Positions 43,966 through 48,971 of a stretch of DNA of 48,971 bases are shown piece after piece. The DNA is from an uncultured Pseudomonadales bacterium (GTDB taxonomy: Bacteria; Patescibacteriota; Microgenomatia; UBA1400; PJMF01). How positions within the stretch are numbered: the first letter of the stretch is position 1; each line of letters opens with the position of its first letter. The notes beneath the pieces are model-generated. The model saw nothing but the letters and a program-made list of their open reading frames with translations, did not search any database and was not told where the DNA came from. The position numbers and the translations under genes are program-made. The stretch covers positions 1-48,971 of the forward strand of contig CAZHLX010000002.1 of assembly GCA_964533345.1 (NCBI GenBank), read 5' to 3'.

Positions 43966-45090
43966 TCAATCAATCTCCAATGATTTTCCTGTATGAATTC
44001 TAACTAGTTTTTCTGCTAAAAATTCAGCAATGTTAAACACCCTTATTTTCCCACCTGTAACCTTAGGATCAAAAATATCTGGAGATTGCCTGATAGAGTT
44101 ACTTATCCAGACCTCATCTACTTCTGAATCTCTTATTTTTTCTAAAGCTCCATCCAATAACAATCCGTGTGGGGCAACTACTATTACTCTTGATGCACCT
44201 TTTTCTTTAAGAATTCTAGCTGCATCAATAATTGTTCCACCCCCAGCAATCATGTCATCAACTAGCACTACAGTCTTCCCTTCTACAGAAGGCCCATTGT
44301 AATCAAGTGCTTCTGATTTTCCGCTATCTTTTTCCCTAAACTTAGTAACTTTTCCATTATTAGGATGACCTAACAAGCGTTTACACCAACCATTTGCCAT
44401 AGAATCAGAACCATCAGGCGATGCTACAACTGTGTTCTCTAAATCAAGCACCCGTTTCAAAATAGGAATAAAAAACTCACTACTGTAGATGATGTCAAAA
44501 ACATCAGCAAAACCAGCTATTTGATCTTTGTGAACATCCATAGCTACAAATCTATCTGCCCCATTTGCTTCAAGAGAAGAAAGAATAGCTTTAGCCGCAA
44601 TCCCCACTCTGGGCATATCTTTTCTATCCGATCGAGCGTAAGACATATAAGGCATAAAGACTGTTGTTTCTGCAGAGGAAGCTCGGCGAGCATTCTCGCA
44701 TGCAATAATTAGCTCTACTAGCTGATCATTAATATCAGACTCTCCCTCAGTTCTTTCAGGAGCAAAAGATTGGAAAATGATGGTATGCTTTTTCCTCAAA
44801 CTATTCCTAAAGATAGGTCTGCGCTCTCCATCATTAAAAACCCTAACAGCATCAGTTTCATCTTTCTGCTCCATAATTGGGTCTATTATTTTCCCAACCT
44901 CCATACTTACTAACTCTGCTAACTCTGGGTTTCCAGAGCCAGTGGCTATCTCTAAATTTTTGAGTTGAAAACAGTTCTTTATTGCTGATTCCAATTTTTT
45001 GAATAGAAGTCTTAAGTGATTTGACAATAAAAAATCTTGTTTTAAAAATTTGGTTGTTTCTCCAGTAATAATCTCAGGAGTTATGGCCAT
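43966..45090 (-). CDS. prs: Ribose-phosphate pyrophosphokinase (PRPP synthetase) with an N-terminal extension of about 40 aa
   Basis: LEIATGSGNPELAELV, FMPYMSYARSDRK, and the PRPP-binding loop VVLVDDMIAGGGTI. The conserved core starts near residue 45 of the ORF. Confidence 0.85.
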   Translation of the reverse strand: MAITPEIITGETTKFLKQDFLLSNHLRLLFKKLESAIKNCFQLKNLEIATGSGNPELAELVSMEVGKIIDPIMEQKDETDAVRVFNDGERRPIFRNSLRKKHTIIFQSFAPERTEGESDINDQLVELIIACENARRASSAETTVFMPYMSYARSDRKDMPRVGIAAKAILSSLEANGADRFVAMDVHKDQIAGFADVFDIIYSSEFFIPILKRVLDLENTVVASPDGSDSMANGWCKRLLGHPNNGKVTKFREKDSGKSEALDYNGPSVEGKTVVLVDDMIAGGGTIIDAARILKEKGASRVIVVAPHGLLLDGALEKIRDSEVDEVWISNSIRQSPDIFDPKVTGGKIRVFNIAEFLAEKLVRIHTGKSLEID

Positions 45091-45109
45091 TAAAAAACTT
45101 TCTAGGCAG

Positions 45110-45133
45110 AAAAAAGATGTCTATTCAGACATC
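45110..45133 (-). terminator. Terminator-like hairpin in the prs leader (GAUGUCU-gaau-AGACAUC + UUUUUU), 19 nt upstream of the prs ATG
   Basis: The reverse strand reads GATGTCTGAATAGACATCTTTTTTCTG: a 7-bp perfect stem, a 4-nt loop and a 6-U tract. No minus-strand gene lies upstream, so it is not a conventional gene-end terminator. Confidence 0.4.
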
Positions 45134-45206
45134 ATCATATTTTTTACTATATAAGACATGGTTTGAAATTTAAAGAAGCTGTTTTTATTACTTTCAAATC
45201 ACCAGA

Positions 45207-45215
45207 TGCTACAAT
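45207..45215 (+). promoter_or_regulatory. Extended -10 element TGCTACAAT, 8 nt upstream of the LCP gene ATG (candidate leaderless transcript)
   Basis: TGn+TACAAT at 45207-45215, ATG at 45224, and no Shine-Dalgarno between them. Confidence 0.35.
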
Positions 45216-45223
45216 ACTAAGCA

Positions 45224-46315
45224 ATGAATCATTTTTTTCAGAAGTTAATTCATAAGCAAACTGTAGAAAAAAAAGCAGTCCTCTTTGTAGTTATCTTATT
45301 GATAATCACCATTTCTGCCACGATTACCTATCTATCTTCACAAAAAAGTCCAACCCCCCAAGCAGAAGAGTTTCCACCTGTACTAGCAGCTCAGACTGAT
45401 CTGGGAGAAGAACCTGAAGACCTAAAGACTCTGGCAGTTGTTTTACTTGGATATGGTGGAGCTGGTCATCAAGGTGGTTTTCTAACCGACGTTATCCAAA
45501 TACTGCACGTAGATTTTGAAAAATCTAAAGTGAGCATGATCTCTGTCCCTCGTGATCTTTGGGTCCAACTTCCTAATGGTAGACAGGCTAAGATCAATAC
45601 CGCTTTTACTCTAGGGGAAGACCCCAACCAACCTGTCGCCAGTGGCGGGCAGGTAGCTAAACAAATGGCAGCCAACGTAACTGGACTTCCAGTTAATTAC
45701 TTTATCGCCATTGATTTTGTCGGCTTTAAACGCTTAATTGGAGAAGAGCTAAAAGGTATTACCGTTAACGTTCCTGAGACATTAGACGATCCTTGGTATC
45801 CAATAAAGGGTGAAGAACTTAACCCTTGCGGGATGACTCCTCAGGAAGTAGCTGATTTAACAGCTAGCTATTCAGGATTTGAACTAGAAAAGCAATTTGA
45901 GTGTCGTTATGAGCACCTCCATTTTCAAAAAGGTTTGGTTTATATGGAAGGAAAAGATGCCTTAGCCTATGTCCGATCTCGCCATGGATCCACAGGTGGT
46001 GACTTCTCTAGGAGTGAGAGACAACATGCCTTACTAAAAGCTATAAGAAACAAACTTTTATCAATTGAAGTCTTTGAAAAAGCTCCAAAAATATTTGAAC
46101 AGGTTGATCAACATGTTACTTCTGATATAGATCTAGAAATTGTAAAGTATTTACTACCTGCATTAAAAAGTGCTACGGAATTTGAGACTCAAAGTGTGGT
46201 GCTAAGTACTGCTAATGTTTTTACTTCTTCAAAGTCATCTAGTGGCGCGTTTATTATTACCCCAAAAGTAAGCTGGGAAAACGTCCATGATTACATTCAA
46301 CAGCAACTGAATTAA
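45224..46315 (+). CDS. LytR-CpsA-Psr (LCP) family cell-envelope phosphotransferase
   Basis: An N-terminal TM anchor is followed by SMISVPRDLWVQLPNG...AKINTAF...VNYFIAIDFVGFKRLI...ALAYVRSRHGS...DFSRSERQHALLKAI. Confidence 0.85.
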   Translation: MNHFFQKLIHKQTVEKKAVLFVVILLIITISATITYLSSQKSPTPQAEEFPPVLAAQTDLGEEPEDLKTLAVVLLGYGGAGHQGGFLTDVIQILHVDFEKSKVSMISVPRDLWVQLPNGRQAKINTAFTLGEDPNQPVASGGQVAKQMAANVTGLPVNYFIAIDFVGFKRLIGEELKGITVNVPETLDDPWYPIKGEELNPCGMTPQEVADLTASYSGFELEKQFECRYEHLHFQKGLVYMEGKDALAYVRSRHGSTGGDFSRSERQHALLKAIRNKLLSIEVFEKAPKIFEQVDQHVTSDIDLEIVKYLLPALKSATEFETQSVVLSTANVFTSSKSSSGAFIITPKVSWENVHDYIQQQLN

Positions 46316-47652
46316 TCTGATAGGCCTCTGGACCGACCCAAATCAATTTCTTCCTGACAAAACTCTTCAATTGGTTTTTCTACTCTTATTGGTTTGATAA
46401 TTTTATTAATTAAATCAGCTGAACCATTTACATTAAACTGTTCAAAAAAGAAAATGAATCTTTCTTTAAGAGCTTCTCGTAATTGAGATTTGTTTTTTTC
46501 TTCAATACCCCAGGCAGCTTGCTTAAATGGCTTCCATGCTTTTTTACGGAGCTTGTAATGAAACTGCTCATCATTATCTGTCTGTTTACGTTCATCTTGT
46601 TTATTCTTGTCCAACCAAGCATACATCTCAGCTAAAAGTTCTTCAGGAAAAGCAGGATGATCAAAAATCAAGTTCTGTAAGCCTGTTGCCAAATGAATCT
46701 CAACTGTCCCAGTTTGAGAAAAGTCATCAAATAACTCCTCACTGATAGTAGAAGCTCCATGCTGAACTGCACCACCGATTTGATACTCATCTCTCGCAAC
46801 CTGTGAAATGTCTCTCAAAACAGAAAAGTCTACATCAACATCAGCCAGGGAACCATCTCCCAACATTACTCCACCATGGCTAGTTCCAGTCTGAACACTA
46901 ACCTTGCTGATTCCAACTACATCTGGATTCAACCCTGAACTCAGTCCATCCATATAAGCTCTAAAATCAGCAACAGTACTATTTTTTCCACCAATATGCC
47001 CAATCTCACCTCCAATAGAGATAGTCACTGCATCTGGTTCCAGATCTCGAATAAAATTAATCATCTCTAATGAGTACTTCACATTGGATTGTTGTTGTTC
47101 AGCTTCGTTAGCCTTTCCCAAATCAACTAGAGTCGACATATCAATATCAATATTATAAAAACCAGCCGTAATAGCTTCTTTGATTAAGTTCTTAATATTC
47201 TCAATCTCTCCTTCGTTGGGAATACCAGCTTGCTCAGCTTTTGCTTGAAAATGATCTCCTTGAACAAAAAGTGGACCAGACCAACCCTCTCTGAGAGCTG
47301 CTGCCATTAAAACAACTGTGTACTCTTCAGGACGTTGATCGGTATAGATCATCTCTGAGCGGGCTATTTCAAAAATCAAAGCTCCAACCTGTTTTTCTTT
47401 TGCAGCTTGAAAAGAAGCGCGTGCAGTGTCGTAAGCTATCCCTCGAATATTAAATGCAGGCACAGTTAAGTTGGCTGAAACCTCACCAGTGGCTTTTGCT
47501 AAATAAAAGTCATGAATTGAGGCAGGGATAATACCTTGAGCATTAGCTTGCTGCCAAATAGAGAATCGGGCATTCTTTTTTTCAAGATTTTCCCCAAAAA
47601 CAGCCTGATAAACCAGTTCATCTATTGGATGATCAAAATTATTACGCTTCAT
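46312..47652 (-). CDS. fba: Class II (metal-dependent) fructose/tagatose-bisphosphate aldolase, long form
   Basis: VPAFNIRG, the QGDHFQ, GGEIGHIGG, TGTSHGG and VQHGAST metal/phosphate-binding pattern, and a helical C-terminal extension of about 100 aa. Confidence 0.75.
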   Translation of the reverse strand: MKRNNFDHPIDELVYQAVFGENLEKKNARFSIWQQANAQGIIPASIHDFYLAKATGEVSANLTVPAFNIRGIAYDTARASFQAAKEKQVGALIFEIARSEMIYTDQRPEEYTVVLMAAALREGWSGPLFVQGDHFQAKAEQAGIPNEGEIENIKNLIKEAITAGFYNIDIDMSTLVDLGKANEAEQQQSNVKYSLEMINFIRDLEPDAVTISIGGEIGHIGGKNSTVADFRAYMDGLSSGLNPDVVGISKVSVQTGTSHGGVMLGDGSLADVDVDFSVLRDISQVARDEYQIGGAVQHGASTISEELFDDFSQTGTVEIHLATGLQNLIFDHPAFPEELLAEMYAWLDKNKQDERKQTDNDEQFHYKLRKKAWKPFKQAAWGIEEKNKSQLREALKERFIFFFEQFNVNGSADLINKIIKPIRVEKPIEEFCQEEIDLGRSRGLSD

Positions 47653-47657
47653 AACTG

Positions 47658-47705
47658 AAAAACCCCCTTATCGGCTCATTATACACAAGCTGACTAAGGG
47701 GGTTT
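47658..47705 (-). terminator. Intrinsic terminator of the upstream gene, whose 3' arm contains the fba Shine-Dalgarno
   Basis: The reverse strand reads AAACCCCCTTA-(24 nt loop containing TATAAT)-TAAGGGGGTTTTTCAGTTATG. The stem is 8-11 bp and GC-rich, followed by a U-run. The AAGGGGG in the 3' arm lies 9-10 nt before the ATG at 47652. Confidence 0.5.
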
Positions 47706-47719
47706 AAGAGACTAAATAA

Positions 47720-48250
47720 TTAGTTGCCAAACCATCTTCCTAAGATACTTTGAACAAAATCATCAACTCTTTCTCTCAAAGAAGATGCTTGAGTTTCATC
47801 AAGTTCATGTCTCTCTACTATATGATCGACTTTTTCATTAGCTCTCTGAGTTAAGAAAGTCTCTGCGTCTTCCTGAGTTTTTCCATTTTCTAGCAACACG
47901 TCACCCATGGTCTCTCCATTTTGATGTGCCTCTCTCATTTCTTCACGAGTTACACCGGTAAACTCTTCCATCTCTGCTTTCTTTTCATCGCGCATTGATC
48001 TGTGTTCTTCCCTCATTTGAGCACGTTCTTCTTCACTCAAGTTTTGATGTTCTTCTCTAAACTGCTCTCTCATCTCTGCAGGGATCAAACCTTCACCCCG
48101 TCTTTCCTTAAAAGATCTTCTCATTCCTTGACCATCACCATTTCCTTCTCCTTTGCCAAAACCCATGAAGGCTTCTGCTGATTGAGGAGCAATCATAACT
48201 CCAGTTACAGCAACTAGTGTACTTAATGTAAGTAGACGTTTTTTATTCAT
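47720..48250 (-). CDS. Secreted, highly charged helical protein with MRE-x-H repeats (function unknown)
   Basis: A signal peptide (LLTLSTLVAVTGVMIAPQSAEA) is followed by a Glu/Arg/His-rich region with the repeated motifs EMREQFREEHQN, AQMREEHRS and EEMREAHQN. Confidence 0.45.
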   Translation of the reverse strand: MNKKRLLTLSTLVAVTGVMIAPQSAEAFMGFGKGEGNGDGQGMRRSFKERRGEGLIPAEMREQFREEHQNLSEEERAQMREEHRSMRDEKKAEMEEFTGVTREEMREAHQNGETMGDVLLENGKTQEDAETFLTQRANEKVDHIVERHELDETQASSLRERVDDFVQSILGRWFGN

Positions 48251-48313
48251 AATTTAAGTTCCTTTCTACTTGTATAGGTAATACAAGCAAAAAGAAAATT
48301 TTATTTCACGGAG

Positions 48314-48586
48314 TTAAATCTTCCACACTAAGTGAGTAATGTTGAGTCCACCTTGAAGTAGCTTGAGGGCTTTTTTCATCTCATACTGACTCAAGCCCTC
48401 ATCATAGGGTTCACGTTTTGGGATATCACCAGTGTAGTACTTCTCAATCACTCCCATAGCCCTATCATCACCAATTTGCCCCAATGACCAAATAGCAAAG
48501 TTTCTTTCCCGAAAACTATTACTTTCATCATCAAGGACTTTGGATAATGCTTCGACACAATCTCCTTCGTGCTTACTTTGAGCCAT
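48314..48586 (-). CDS. HEAT-repeat-like small protein with an uncertain 5' end
   Basis: ERNFAIWSLGQIGDDRAMGVIEKYY resembles a HEAT/PBS-lyase repeat. The frame stays open about 120 nt upstream through a TM-like segment that has no ATG/GTG/TTG codon. Confidence 0.35.
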   Translation of the reverse strand: MAQSKHEGDCVEALSKVLDDESNSFRERNFAIWSLGQIGDDRAMGVIEKYYTGDIPKREPYDEGLSQYEMKKALKLLQGGLNITHLVWKI

Positions 48587-48744
48587 TAAACATCGCTCTC
48601 TGACATCTACTCCGATCCAAGTGCTTGTAATTAAAAAAATTAAAATAAAGAAACCAGTTCCGAGAACTATCCAGTATAAGAACCATTGAGACAGCTTCTC
48701 TTTATGGCAACTCTATCGTTGCTTTTTTGGCGATTAGTTTATAC

Positions 48745-48971
48745 ATGGGTTTAGTTTCATTACTTCGAACCAGAGTAAAAGGAATACTAGCTGATGAACG
48801 TCAACAAAAAGTGTCAGAAAAAGCTGCTCAAGTTGCCTTCAGAATACTTTTGCCGATGTTGCTTCTCACTTCTGTGGGTTTGATGGTTGGTGGTGGAAAT
48901 GAGGAATTTCATTATGTCAACATGATTATTAGCGAAGATCAATTTCATCTTCATGTGTGTGTTCTTGGTCA
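48745..48971 (+). CDS. Partial membrane protein (DUF2178-like?) running off the window end
   Basis: From ATG 48745 the frame reads MGLVSLLRTRVKGILADERQQKVSEKAAQVAFRILLPMLLLTSVGLMVGGGNEEF.... The TM-RxRVKxxxADER-helix-TM layout resembles DUF2178. The frame is open from 48649, so the start is uncertain. Confidence 0.3.
   Translation, partial: MGLVSLLRTRVKGILADERQQKVSEKAAQVAFRILLPMLLLTSVGLMVGGGNEEFHYVNMIISEDQFHLHVCVLG

Noticed and set aside
20221-46745. Further shadow ORFs (20221-20502, 20802-21008, 21910-22131, 23547-23810, 24617-24910, 25330-25603, 27432-27617, 28403-28654, 32843-33097, 33637-33975, 35204-35616, 38285-38476, 39179-39780, 44030-44968, 45469-45675, 46428-46745)
   Set aside because: The reasoning is the same: each is embedded in a strongly supported gene on the same or the opposite strand, and none has independent support.
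47940-47970. QNGET in the secreted charged protein, considered as a fourth trace of the NNGET pilin module
   Set aside because: It is an isolated pentapeptide with no flanking cysteines and no TGG or CCCAP elements, so the match is coincidental.
48251-48313. The CTTGTA-N7-TACAAG hairpin between the HEAT-like gene and the secreted-protein gene, considered as a terminator
   Set aside because: It has only a 6-bp AT-rich stem. On the transcribed strand it is followed by TAGAAAGGAAC, which is the SD of the next gene, rather than by a U-tract.
1-48971. Alternative genetic code (UGA recoding, as in some candidate phyla)
   Set aside because: Several TGA codons act as stops exactly where the next gene's ATG overlaps them (ATGA at 28554-28557 and 29646-29649). 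Conserved proteins such as MutS, MutL, MetK, PilB and Tkt also read through at normal lengths with standard code 11.
1-48971. Search for CRISPR arrays, tRNA/rRNA genes, IS elements or integrases
   Set aside because: Apart from the metK leader (124 nt), the prs/LCP divergent region (133 nt) and the 158-nt gap between 48586 and 48745, which holds open coding frames, no intergenic spacer exceeds 85 nt. None shows direct-repeat/spacer periodicity or cloverleaf-like structure. No transposase- or recombinase-like ORF was seen.

Overview
The window is AT-rich, densely packed bacterial chromosome. Many genes overlap by 4-11 nt at stop/start junctions. Standard code 11 fits, because TGA stops coincide with coupled ATG starts. 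Gene content and style suggest an uncultivated, small-genome (Patescibacteria/CPR-like) or Gram-positive-type bacterium, but that is inference only. I found no rRNA, tRNA, CRISPR array or transposase. The layout is as follows. Positions 1-8.4 kb hold housekeeping and envelope genes: alaS 5' end, YtxH/DUF948/RodZ-like, GatB-YqeY, LemA-TPM, prmC-like, polyprenyl synthase, M29 aminopeptidase, map and an EamA transporter. Positions 8.4-16.4 kb hold one coupled block of mutS, mutL, two large GT-C-like membrane proteins and an MGMT domain. Positions 16.3-21.2 kb hold a Nudix hydrolase and an extracytoplasmic thiol-redox cluster: an AhpD-like protein, a Trx-fold/DsbD-like membrane fusion, a CarD-like protein, a BlaI/CopY-type repressor, DsbA-like and CcdA. 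Two near-identical palindromic operators in this cluster overlap -10 boxes. Positions 21.2-25.1 kb hold an MFS transporter, an orphan Cas4-like PD-(D/E)XK nuclease and transketolase. Positions 25.1-37.6 kb are one long minus-strand array, in transcription order: PAS protein, Cache-HAMP protein, Cache-HAMP-PAS histidine kinase, two CheY-like receivers, PilB, PilC, a 38-aa micro-ORF, three pseudopilins, a PilX-like protein, a PilM/N-like LytR_C fusion and the major pilin. The remaining 37.6-49 kb holds a P-type ATPase, a SAM-I riboswitch with metK, membrane proteins, prs, an LCP protein, class II aldolase and small secreted proteins. The most unusual signal is a 50-residue, 8-cysteine module I do not recognise. 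Its pattern is C-x3-C-x9-C-R-x-N-x3-C-x-NNGET-x8-C-TGG-x3-DT-CCC-AP. It occurs three times with identical spacing at the C-terminal ends of two adjacent pseudopilins, tethered by Gly or Pro/Ser/Thr linkers. This looks like a pilus-displayed disulfide-rich or metal-binding domain. It lies about 6 kb from the repressor-controlled DsbA/CcdA module and next to an output-less two-component array.
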